Below are positions 49,601 to 56,953 of a stretch of 64,000 bases of DNA, in pieces. The notes below the pieces were generated by a model, which ran no database searches, was not told the DNA's origin, and worked only from the letters and a program-made list of their open reading frames with translations. Location: contig CAIOTT010000049.1 in the NCBI GenBank assembly GCA_903861305.1, forward strand, positions 88,246 to 152,245, read 5' to 3'. How positions within the stretch are numbered: the first letter of the stretch is position 1; each line of letters starts with the position of its first letter. Made by a program: the position numbers and the translations under genes. This stretch comes from Candidatus Omnitrophota bacterium (GTDB lineage: Bacteria; Omnitrophota; Gorgyraeia; Zapsychrales; Fredricksoniimonadaceae).

Positions 49601-50269
49601 GCGCATACGGACCATCCGTTCATGATCGCGGGGAAAAAGGTCCTTGGCGCTGTCGAGTTCGCTTCCGGCCGTATCGATAAGACCCATTACGCCGGTGTTC
49701 CGGATGAAGGGGTTCGTTTCTTTTTTGAAGATGAGCAGCTCCAGCCGGGGGATCCTTTTACCAATAGCCATAATTACATCACGATCCGCGCTTCAGGAAC
49801 GTCACAGGCGCTGCGGTTCTACACACAGATATTTTCCCGGGATGTGAGCCCGGAGCAGAAAGCCAAAAATTATGCTGAGGCTGAGCGCGTCGCGCTTGAA
49901 GCGCAGCGACAGATACTTGAGGAAGTCAACCTTGAGAAACATCTTCCTCCGGTCAGAGCGCAGCTTGAAAGTATTTATGCGCAAAACGAGCCTGTCGCTG
50001 ATAAAGCCCAGGATCTGGGCGGTATCGACCTCGGCCAGGGCAATTACCTCAAGGTCATCGCGACGGGAACGGCGGGCGTCCCGCAATTTGACCCTGCCCA
50101 GCTGAAACAGTTGCAGAAAGACCTGCGCGGGGTCATCCCCGTTCCGGTGGGCGTTCCTGTGCCGGTCAGTGTGCGGCCGCTCCTGGGGCTGGATCCTAAT
50201 AGCGGCAACGAGAACCTCCAGCTGAGCCAGATGGGGCCATTGACGTTTGAGGTCGAACAGGACGCATAA
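46658..50269 (+). CDS. Member 4 of the secreted-protein paralog family, fused to an alpha-D-phosphohexomutase (phosphoglucomutase/phosphomannomutase) domain
   Basis: Signal peptide MFFRRIMSIIVCLAFILTSLTPSAYAQT. Conserved N-terminal domain. Phosphohexomutase motifs: GTAGIRGKAV, the active-site Ser loop SASHNPADYNGYKI, the metal loop GTDPDADRMG and the phosphate loop IRASGTSQALR. C-terminus DLGGIDLGQGNYLKV...FDPAQLKQL...GVIPVPVGVPV. Confidence 0.8.
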   Translation: MFFRRIMSIIVCLAFILTSLTPSAYAQTVFNLPQPGTMVDLSGAFAPAVLKGVTIHPADPLLFDFIVDNGQSGLQGQALTDETTKLVKYFLAGLAVPEKDLWVNLSPKENERVMADDLSRTDVGSAMLAQDYILKQVTASLMYPEKDLGRRFWDEIYKRAYAQFGNTNMPVDTFNKVWIMPAEATVYQNGNDAFVGRAQLKVMLESDFEAAKGVVSRQAAADIELAKGVVRSVILPVLEKEVNEGRNFAPLRQVFHSMILAGWYKNALKESLLARVYANTNKVSGIEIPEKDAREKVYAQYMEAYQKGVYNYVKEELDRNTNEAVPHKYFSGGITELSVDPGKADVSQVDFKGASTKQSYRLDVSTDGAQELSRADQKVLDGAKTIIESLLTESYQNGDITDTVYKNALANTYKNLVEWTQDPDIYRIDPSIRAANLAAIRDGRWDDIIEAYRQDILFGTAGIRGKAVLSEKELQTFKAEGPLGNFLKGPNTINTFKLLKTTQGLIKMARETGLKRVVIGYDSRIGGAAFADMIARLFIAQSTPEHEFKIFLFDEASPFPELSYGITTDVVKGDIGLLISASHNPADYNGYKITLGNGAQLNQASKNQVTAAIDQVRNSDIVMAASLADAKPGQLVWLGGSEALEGKDYYGFERIDMHSLHVEQVKKFILNKEVVVAHSGDLKFGFAAFNGAGFKAVPRLLRETGFTNVKVIEKLQKLDGSFPAWKFGEQPDPGDPISADIAVKEFIAEYGQQVFDLLDALFGTDPDADRMGLSVKVPESQQKYFGKYRLLSANDVWTLLIWYRLSMKKQMGLLENPSNHAVAFSHVTTDAIEAVAKMFGVDAIGKMLDVTGTLEKGDYLAGRRTWVGFTYLADILEDAYQMGKFVEMLAEESNGVSVQGHTKEKDGTLAVILVAEVAAYARSQGKTLFELLDDVYALIGHYATANKPLPRVGSFEKAAGVSEKIKIIKRSQEWGTKANEDAHTDHPFMIAGKKVLGAVEFASGRIDKTHYAGVPDEGVRFFFEDEQLQPGDPFTNSHNYITIRASGTSQALRFYTQIFSRDVSPEQKAKNYAEAERVALEAQRQILEEVNLEKHLPPVRAQLESIYAQNEPVADKAQDLGGIDLGQGNYLKVIATGTAGVPQFDPAQLKQLQKDLRGVIPVPVGVPVPVSVRPLLGLDPNSGNENLQLSQMGPLTFEVEQDA

Positions 50270-50296
50270 CTCCAGAAAAATTGTGGCGCATTCTTT

Positions 50297-50332
50297 AAGC
50301 CGGAGGCAAAAAGCCTCCGGCTTATTTTTTCA
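50297..50332 (+). terminator. Rho-independent terminator after family member 4
   Basis: Stem taagccggaggc / gcctccggctta followed by tttttt. Confidence 0.65.
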
Positions 50333-50440
50333 AGATTTCTTCCCCCTTCTTGCGGCTTTTTGATAGACTAGTTAAGAAATTTTCAGCAACAGCCAGGGCC
50401 CGTCGGGCCCGGGTTCCCATTACATCAAGGAGGTAGTAAG

Positions 50441-50953
50441 GTGTTTATCCGGTTATTATCGATCACAGCGTTCGCATTGGTTCTTTCAGGGTGTGCCACC
50501 ACGTCAAAAACGTCTCCCGTCAGCCAGATGCAGGTCCAGGTGACGGAAATGCAGCAGAAGATGGAAGACCAGGAGAAAGAGATCGTTGATCTCAAGAGTG
50601 AGGTCAAGGAGATCGCGAGCAAGAACATGGGCAAGGAAAATGACCAGGAATCGTCGTCAACAACAAGCGCTCCCGTGGCGGTTGCGTCGAATGCGGTCAA
50701 GGCCCAGGAACCCAGGAACCTTGATATCATCCATGTCGCTGGTGTCAGCGGCCGCGAGCTTCAGAAGGCCCTCAAGGCGGCTGGGGTTTACGAAGGCAAA
50801 GTCGACGGCAAGGTCGGGTCAAGGACCAAGGCCGCCGTGGTCGAGTTCCAGAAAGCGCACAGCCTTAAAGCGGATGGTGTTGTCGGGCAGAAAACGTGGA
50901 GCGAATTGAGGACGTATCTCAATCCTCCGGCAGAGCCTGAAGCAAAGAAATAA
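50441..50953 (+). CDS. Lipoprotein with C-terminal peptidoglycan-binding domain (PG_binding_1)
   Basis: Lipobox LSGC. Coiled-coil/low-complexity middle. C-terminus LKAAGVYEGKVDGKVGSRTKAAVVEFQKAHSLKADGVVGQKTWSEL. Confidence 0.65.
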   Translation: MFIRLLSITAFALVLSGCATTSKTSPVSQMQVQVTEMQQKMEDQEKEIVDLKSEVKEIASKNMGKENDQESSSTTSAPVAVASNAVKAQEPRNLDIIHVAGVSGRELQKALKAAGVYEGKVDGKVGSRTKAAVVEFQKAHSLKADGVVGQKTWSELRTYLNPPAEPEAKK

Positions 50954-51029
50954 GCCGCACATTGCATATTGAGATAAAGGCCGTGATGTGGCGAACATCC
51001 CGGCCTTTATTGTTTTATTAGGGGGGATC

Positions 51030-51905
51030 ATGGCAAAAAAAATCCTTACAGTCACATTGAATCCGGCCATTGACCGCATCGTGTCCGTTGGTAAAGGCGA
51101 TATCGGTCAGTTCCATGCCGGCGGTAAAGGCATCAACGTGGCCCGTGCCGCGAGGGCTTTGGGGGTTGAGGTGAAAGCCGTCGGGATCGAAGGCGGCGTC
51201 ACGGGCTGGATGCTCGAGGGGCTCCTTCAGCAGGAGGGCTTGCCTCACCAGTTCTTTGTCGTTGATGGGGCAACGCGTGTCAATACAACGAAGATCTTCA
51301 AAAGCGGCGCTGTCAGGCGGGAGTTCCAGCCAGGGCCGGTTTTGGGGGAGGCGGAGCGGAGGGCATTCACGGCGTTCTTCAAGGCCCAGCTTAAAGGTTG
51401 TGCGTCCGTTGTTTTTTCCGGGAGCCTTCCTCCGGGGTTCCCGGTTGCCGCATTTACAGCGCTGATCCGTTGCGTTCGTCAGAGCGGGGCCATGGTTGTC
51501 GTCGATACAAGCGGTGCGGCCCTCGTCGCCGCCCTTGGAGAGGGCGTTGATGTGATCAAGCCCAACGCTCAGGAAGCGGGCGAGGCGCTTGGGTTCAGGC
51601 TTTCTTCAAAGGCGCATATCAGCAAGGCATTGCGGAGTTTCCATGGATACGGTATAAAGAAAGCCTTGATCTCCCTGGGCAAGGACGGTATGGCGGCATT
51701 CGACGGGCAGGAAGAAGTCTGGGTCAAGTTGCCCGTGGTGCGCGGGGGGCACGGAGTTGGTTGCGGTGACGCGGCATTGGCGGGTTTTCTTGCCGCGCAG
51801 GTTGAAGAAAAGAGTTTTCGGGCGAGTGTCCGGCAAGCGGCTGTGTGCGGCAGGGCCGCAATGAAGGTGGACAGGCCCGGCGGGATCAAAAGGAGAACAT
51901 CATGA
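51030..51905 (+). CDS. PfkB-family carbohydrate kinase (1-phosphofructokinase / tagatose-6-phosphate kinase-like)
   Basis: MAKKILTVTLNPAIDR is the N-terminus. The C-terminal region has a ribokinase-superfamily GxGD motif (GHGVGCGDA). Confidence 0.75.
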   Translation: MAKKILTVTLNPAIDRIVSVGKGDIGQFHAGGKGINVARAARALGVEVKAVGIEGGVTGWMLEGLLQQEGLPHQFFVVDGATRVNTTKIFKSGAVRREFQPGPVLGEAERRAFTAFFKAQLKGCASVVFSGSLPPGFPVAAFTALIRCVRQSGAMVVVDTSGAALVAALGEGVDVIKPNAQEAGEALGFRLSSKAHISKALRSFHGYGIKKALISLGKDGMAAFDGQEEVWVKLPVVRGGHGVGCGDAALAGFLAAQVEEKSFRASVRQAAVCGRAAMKVDRPGGIKRRTS

Positions 51906-52567
51906 CGGCGCTGGAACATGAGGAACGCATTATTAATTTGAAGAAGTTCGATAATCTTAACAGCCAGGAGATCCGTGCCCTGGTCCAGGAAAGCACAAAG
52001 GAGTTCAAGACGGCGTGGCTCAAGCTGTCCCAGGCGCTTTACACGGTGAAGCGGGACAAACTTTACGAATATTGGGGCTATGAGAATTTTGACCGCTACC
52101 TTGAGAGCGAGGTGGGGATCAGGAAAGCGATGGGCAACAGGCTTGTCAAAACGTATGCTTTTGTCGAGCAGCAGGAACCGCAGTGCCTGCACGCCAACTT
52201 TGGCGATGATCGCGACGCGGTCAGTGTCCCCGAATTCGAGGCGGTCAATGTGCTGCGCATGGCGCGCGAGAACAAGGACCTGACAAAGCAGGACTACCAG
52301 GGCATCCGCAAGGATGTTATGGAGAAGGGCAAGAACGCTGTCCTGGTCCGCAAGGACCTGACGGCGCTGATCAAGGAACGCAAGCAGGTCGATCCTGACG
52401 AGGAGCGTGAAAAGCGCAATGCCGCGTCCCTCAAGAGGTTCGTTAATGCTGTGCGCGCTTTTCATAAGGACGCTTCGGCGTTGAAGCTTCTCCCCGCGCG
52501 CATTGTCACGAAAGCGGCGGAATTGCTCGTCGACCTTGAATCCGAGATCGATGAAGAGGAGAATTGA
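51902..52567 (+). CDS. Hypothetical protein (charged, helical), translationally coupled to the downstream exonuclease gene
   Basis: 221 aa with no recognisable motif. The inferred ATG at 51902 overlaps the upstream stop. Confidence 0.4.
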   Translation: MTALEHEERIINLKKFDNLNSQEIRALVQESTKEFKTAWLKLSQALYTVKRDKLYEYWGYENFDRYLESEVGIRKAMGNRLVKTYAFVEQQEPQCLHANFGDDRDAVSVPEFEAVNVLRMARENKDLTKQDYQGIRKDVMEKGKNAVLVRKDLTALIKERKQVDPDEEREKRNAASLKRFVNAVRAFHKDASALKLLPARIVTKAAELLVDLESEIDEEEN

Positions 52568-52568
52568 C

Positions 52569-53360
52569 ATGAAGATCACCCACAGGCTTGTTGTCCTGGA
52601 CCTTGAGACCACCGGCGTGTGGGTCGAGAAGGACCGCATCATCGAGATCGCCATGATCAAACTATTGCCTTCGGGTGAAAAGGAAACTTTTCACAGCCGG
52701 GTCAATCCGCTGATCCCTATCCCGCCGGTGGTGCAGAAGCTGACAGGTATTTCCGATGCGGATGTCAGGGAGGCGCCCGTTTTTAAGGATATTGCCAAGG
52801 ATGTGGCGGCCTTCCTTGACGGCGCTGATCTCGCCGGGTTCAATGTGGACAAATTTGATATCCCGCTGCTGGAACGCGAAATGAATGAGGCAGGGGTCGT
52901 TTTTTCATCGGCCGGGCGAAAGGTTTATGACGCGCAGAAGGTTTTTCATTTGAATGAAAAGAGAGACCTCACGGCCGCGTACAGCTTCTATTGCAGCAAA
53001 CCGCTGGTGGGGGCGCATTCCGCCCTTGCTGATACCGAGGCGACCCTGGAGATCCTTGTGTCGCAGGTCGAACGTTACAGCGAAGGTTCCTCCGCCATAG
53101 AAAGCCTCGACCAGTTCCAGTACCGCGAGCAGCCTGAATTCTTTGACGCGGAGAGGCGTTTCCGCTGGTGGAACGGCGAGCTTTACATGATGTTCGGCAA
53201 GTACGCGCGCAAGGAGAGCCTGCGGGAGATCGCCAAGAAAGATCCCGGTTATCTCGCGTGGATGCAGGGCAAGGACTTCAGCGAGGACGTGAAGGCGTTG
53301 GTGGCCGATGCTTTAAAAGGGAAATTCCCCAAACAGGCGCAGGAAGAAGCTCCTGTGTAA
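52569..53360 (+). CDS. DEDDh 3'-5' exonuclease (DnaQ/epsilon-like) with an uncharacterised C-terminal domain
   Basis: Exo I motif LVVLDLETTGVWVEKDRIIEIAMIKL. An Exo III-like motif HSALADTEAT is present. Confidence 0.75.
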   Translation: MKITHRLVVLDLETTGVWVEKDRIIEIAMIKLLPSGEKETFHSRVNPLIPIPPVVQKLTGISDADVREAPVFKDIAKDVAAFLDGADLAGFNVDKFDIPLLEREMNEAGVVFSSAGRKVYDAQKVFHLNEKRDLTAAYSFYCSKPLVGAHSALADTEATLEILVSQVERYSEGSSAIESLDQFQYREQPEFFDAERRFRWWNGELYMMFGKYARKESLREIAKKDPGYLAWMQGKDFSEDVKALVADALKGKFPKQAQEEAPV

Positions 53361-53474
53361 CTGCTCAACTTTTCTGTTGAACAACAGTAGCAAGAAGATA
53401 TACAATGGTTTTTGATCATATCCCGTACATAATATGCATGTGCATTATCTGGAAGGTCCAAACAGGAGGAGTTC

Positions 53475-53939
53475 ATGGCTGCGAAGAATGAAACATGGCT
53501 GATCGCTCTTATTGTCCTCGTTGCCGGGGTACTGATCGTACTCTCCTTTTCCAGGAACAAGCCTGAAAAACAGGTGCCGGCGCCGGTGGCGGTTGCCGCT
53601 GATATAAAGAATATCAAGCCCGACCATTCGACGGCTGATATGCAGAAGATCTCAGCGGCCAAGCCTGCGCCCGCTATTGTTGAGATGCCCAAAACGGTTG
53701 TTTCCAGGGATGCTTTCGCGGTCCAGGTTTTTTCATTCAAGGAAAAAGGGCGCGCGGATGCGGCGCTCAAACTGCTCAAGGATAAAGGATATACGGCTTA
53801 TATCATGATGAGCGATCTTGGCCCACGGGGTGTTTTCTATCGTGTCCGTGTCGGATCATTTGCCAGTGAGGCCGAGGCCAAGAAGAATCTTGAAAATATC
53901 AGCAAGGATTTCAAGAGCGGCATTATTGTTTCAGAGTGA
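53475..53939 (+). CDS. SPOR domain-containing membrane-anchored protein
   Basis: N-terminal TM helix. The C-terminal SPOR-like segment is FAVQVFSFKEKGRADAALKLLKDKGYTAYIMMSD...YRVRVGSFASEAEAKKNLENI. Confidence 0.65.
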   Translation: MAAKNETWLIALIVLVAGVLIVLSFSRNKPEKQVPAPVAVAADIKNIKPDHSTADMQKISAAKPAPAIVEMPKTVVSRDAFAVQVFSFKEKGRADAALKLLKDKGYTAYIMMSDLGPRGVFYRVRVGSFASEAEAKKNLENISKDFKSGIIVSE

Positions 53940-53955
53940 AGAAATATAAGGGCCC

Positions 53956-54495
53956 ATGCTAAGAAAGATATTGCCCTTTGTTCTGGTCTTTTTCATGCTC
54001 GCGGCATCAGGATGCGCTACCGGGGCGGCCCGTAAGGGTCACAGGAACATGGCTGATCCTCTGGGCCCGTGGAGCGATGCGGACACCCGCTTTGTGGCTC
54101 AGGAGATGGTCGAGGCATGTACGGCCGGGGCGTGGGTCGGGCGGTTCAACAAGGCCCGGGGGCAGGACCCTCTTGTCAGTGTCGGCAATGTTACCGGCCG
54201 GACCGATGGGCATACGGACGCGGGCGTCTTTGTCGAGGGCCTGCAGATGGCTCTTATCAATTCCGGCAGGGTGAAGTTTGTGGCGGCTGCGGCGGGGCAG
54301 CCGCAAGGGGCTGATGGACGGGTGGACTATCTCCTGCAGGGTGGTATCAATTACGCCGTGGATGGATCACGGGGGCAGCGAGCGTTCACGTTCCAGGCGG
54401 ATATCGAGCTCATTGACCCTGTTACGCGTGAAAAGGTATGGGCCGGCCAGAAAAAGGTCAGGAAAGTTATCAAGGGGCTCCGTTATTCTTTATGA
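53956..54495 (+). CDS. Lipoprotein, LpoB-like (penicillin-binding protein activator family, COG3417-like)
   Basis: Lipobox AASGC. The core LVSVGNVTGRTDGHTDAGVFVEGLQMALINSGRVKFVA resembles the LpoB segment VDSVNNRTNGSLNAAEATETLRNALANNGKFTLV. Confidence 0.45.
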   Translation: MLRKILPFVLVFFMLAASGCATGAARKGHRNMADPLGPWSDADTRFVAQEMVEACTAGAWVGRFNKARGQDPLVSVGNVTGRTDGHTDAGVFVEGLQMALINSGRVKFVAAAAGQPQGADGRVDYLLQGGINYAVDGSRGQRAFTFQADIELIDPVTREKVWAGQKKVRKVIKGLRYSL

Positions 54496-54537
54496 ACCGC
54501 AAGCGCAATAACATATAACACAGCATGACAGGTGTGA

Positions 54538-54924
54538 ATGAAGATCATTATTGTTGACGATTCGCTTCTGGACCGTAAGCTTTTGGCGAGGACTCTGGTC
54601 AATCTCGGCGTCACGAACGAGATATTGCAGGCCGACAACGGTGACGCGGGGATGAGCCTTATTGTCGAGAATCTGGGGGATATCGCTTTGATCTTCCTTG
54701 ACTACCAGATGCCGAACATCACAGGAGTGGAACTGATGGAGGGCCTGGTGAAGGTGCCTCTGACTGCCGACCTGCCCATCATCATGGTCACCGCCTCCGC
54801 GTCCGAAGAAAGCAAGCAGACCGCGTATCGGGCGAACCCCAGACTGGCGGGATACGTTCTCAAGCCATTCAAGCCCGACCAGCTTTTGGCCGCGATCAAG
54901 CCTTACGCCAGCATCTCGTCCTGA
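54538..54924 (+). CDS. Response regulator receiver domain protein (CheY-like, single domain)
   Basis: MKIIIVDDSLLDRKLL...FLDYQMPNITG...KPF is present. Confidence 0.8.
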   Translation: MKIIIVDDSLLDRKLLARTLVNLGVTNEILQADNGDAGMSLIVENLGDIALIFLDYQMPNITGVELMEGLVKVPLTADLPIIMVTASASEESKQTAYRANPRLAGYVLKPFKPDQLLAAIKPYASISS

Positions 54925-54925
54925 T

Positions 54926-55504
54926 ATGGTGAATCCTTATCCCGATGGTCTTTCAGGTTATGCCCGTGTTCTCGCGGCATCGGCGCGTAAGATGCTGAAG
55001 ATCAAGGGAGGACTGGAACTTTCGAGGGATCCCGTCCTGCGCGAAAAGGAGATCGTTTCTTTCTGCCGGCACATTCGCGTGGACGCCCTTGAAAAATTCA
55101 ACGCGCGGGCAGTTTTTTCGGTCGTCAAGTTCTACAGTAACGTCGCAGCGATGGAAGCTGATACGCCTGTCGGAGCGCTCATTGTCTTTATCGAGGCGGA
55201 GTTCGTCGCGAAGCTTTTGTGGCATCTGGAATACCCGAGCATCGATGAAGACGATGATGAGGGCATTCTTGACGGTTGCGGAACGCTGACGAACCTTATC
55301 GCGGGGCATTTCGTCAAGGACCTTCACGCGCTGGGCTGTGTTCACCTGCAGATGTCGCATTTTGACAGTTATTTCAACACGGTCCTTGATGGCGTCGCGT
55401 TCGCGCCCGACCAGACAAGGAAGTATGAGATCAATTTCTTTATCAATGGCGAGAAGCGGCTGGTCGCAGAATTGACCATGAGCCATATCCCCAGGATAAA
55501 TTGA
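54926..55504 (+). CDS. Hypothetical protein between two receiver-domain genes
   Basis: 192-aa ORF coupled to both neighbours. No motif is recognised. Confidence 0.4.
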   Translation: MVNPYPDGLSGYARVLAASARKMLKIKGGLELSRDPVLREKEIVSFCRHIRVDALEKFNARAVFSVVKFYSNVAAMEADTPVGALIVFIEAEFVAKLLWHLEYPSIDEDDDEGILDGCGTLTNLIAGHFVKDLHALGCVHLQMSHFDSYFNTVLDGVAFAPDQTRKYEINFFINGEKRLVAELTMSHIPRIN

Positions 55505-55869
55505 GGAAAATTATGCCAGGAACCATCCTGATCGTTGACGATGACCCGACCCTTGTTCACGCGCTGGGGCAGTTCTTTGAAAAGGAAGGTTACCGCGCGC
55601 TCACGTCCCCTGACGGGGTCGACGCATTGAAACAGGTTGAGGCCCATCATCCTGATCTGATCATCCTTGATATCCAGATGCCCAGGCTGCACGGCTATTC
55701 ATTCCTTTTTGAACTTCGCAAGATCGACGGCAATCAGGACATCCCCGTGATCGTCCTCACTTCTTTTGTTGAAATGGGAGGGATGTTCCAGGCTGAAGGC
55801 GTCAAAGAGTTCCTTGTTAAGCCCTGCACGCCGCAGCTGCTTCTTGAAAAGGTAAAAAAATATATTTAA
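55501..55869 (+). CDS. Response regulator receiver domain protein (CheY-like, single domain)
   Basis: ILIVDDDPTLVHAL...ILDIQMPRLHG...KPC is present. Confidence 0.8.
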   Translation: MRKIMPGTILIVDDDPTLVHALGQFFEKEGYRALTSPDGVDALKQVEAHHPDLIILDIQMPRLHGYSFLFELRKIDGNQDIPVIVLTSFVEMGGMFQAEGVKEFLVKPCTPQLLLEKVKKYI

Positions 55870-55884
55870 AATGGAGTTGGTTGA

Positions 55885-56496
55885 ATGCTGTCGAAGCGTG
55901 AATTGACCATAGTGGTGGCGATCGCCATCGTTGTCCTTGTCCTGGGGGTTCGGGCATGGCAGAAAACCACGATCCCGTCGGCAAAAGGACCTGTCATGTC
56001 AGGCAGGTCGTTGGGTTCACCCGGGGCCAGGGTCAAGATCGTGGAATTCACGGATTTCCAGTGCCCGGCATGTGCCAGCGCGGCCAAGGTCGTCCACAGG
56101 GTCATGCAGGAGAATGAGTCTAAGCTGTTCGTCGAGTTGAAGTATTTCCCTTTGCCCATGCACAAGAATTCCAGGAAGGCGGCGGTCGCCGCTGAATGCG
56201 CCCGGGTACAGGGTAAGTTCTGGCCTATGCAGGAGCTGCTGTTCCGGGATCAGGGGATCTGGGCGATCCCTGATGCGCCTGAGGATAATTTCCTGAGCCT
56301 TGCCAGGTCCGTCGGGATCGATGAGCAGAAGATGATGCGTTGTATGGCATCCGCAGCGGCGGAAAGAACGGTGGCGGATGATCTGCAGGAAGGAAAAAAT
56401 CTTGGCGTCAAGGCCACGCCGACATTCTTTGTCAACGGTAAGGCGGTGGTGGGATCAGCGAATTTTGAACAGACGCTGAAAGAGGCTCTGCGGTAA
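55885..56496 (+). CDS. DsbA-family thiol:disulfide oxidoreductase (thioredoxin fold, CPAC active site)
   Basis: N-terminal TM anchor. VEFTDFQCPACASAAKV is present. Confidence 0.8.
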   Translation: MLSKRELTIVVAIAIVVLVLGVRAWQKTTIPSAKGPVMSGRSLGSPGARVKIVEFTDFQCPACASAAKVVHRVMQENESKLFVELKYFPLPMHKNSRKAAVAAECARVQGKFWPMQELLFRDQGIWAIPDAPEDNFLSLARSVGIDEQKMMRCMASAAAERTVADDLQEGKNLGVKATPTFFVNGKAVVGSANFEQTLKEALR

Positions 56497-56497
56497 T

Positions 56498-56953
56498 ATG
56501 ATCAACAACATTATTTTAGGATGCCGCTTTCTGATCGCGGCGCTTTTTATTGTTTCAGGCGGAGAGAAACTGCTTGGATCGTCGGAGGATTTTTATTATG
56601 TGCTTCAGGCGTATGCCGTTTTTCCGGATCCCCTGGCGCGCTTGATCTCCTTTGTCTTTCCGTGGGTCGAATTCAGCACCGGCGTCTTTCTGGCGCTGGG
56701 GTTGTGGTTACGGCCCGTCCTGGCTTTGCTCACCGTCATATCAGGGTCGTTCATCCTGGTGGTGGGCCAGGCGATCGTCAGGGGGCTTCCCATCGATAAT
56801 TGCGGTTGTTTCGGGGAGCTTGTCCATCTACCGCTGCGCGGGGTGATCGTCGTCGATGTGACGACCCTTATCCTGGCGCTTGTCTGCCTGAAACATGGCG
56901 AGGCGGTCTCTTTGTTCAGTGTTGACGGTCATTATAAAAAACATCAGCCATGA
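56498..56953 (+). CDS. DoxX/MauE-family membrane protein (likely redox partner of the adjacent DsbA-like protein)
   Basis: 151 aa with 4 TM helices. LIAALFIVSGGEKLL is present. Confidence 0.6.
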   Translation: MINNIILGCRFLIAALFIVSGGEKLLGSSEDFYYVLQAYAVFPDPLARLISFVFPWVEFSTGVFLALGLWLRPVLALLTVISGSFILVVGQAIVRGLPIDNCGCFGELVHLPLRGVIVVDVTTLILALVCLKHGEAVSLFSVDGHYKKHQP

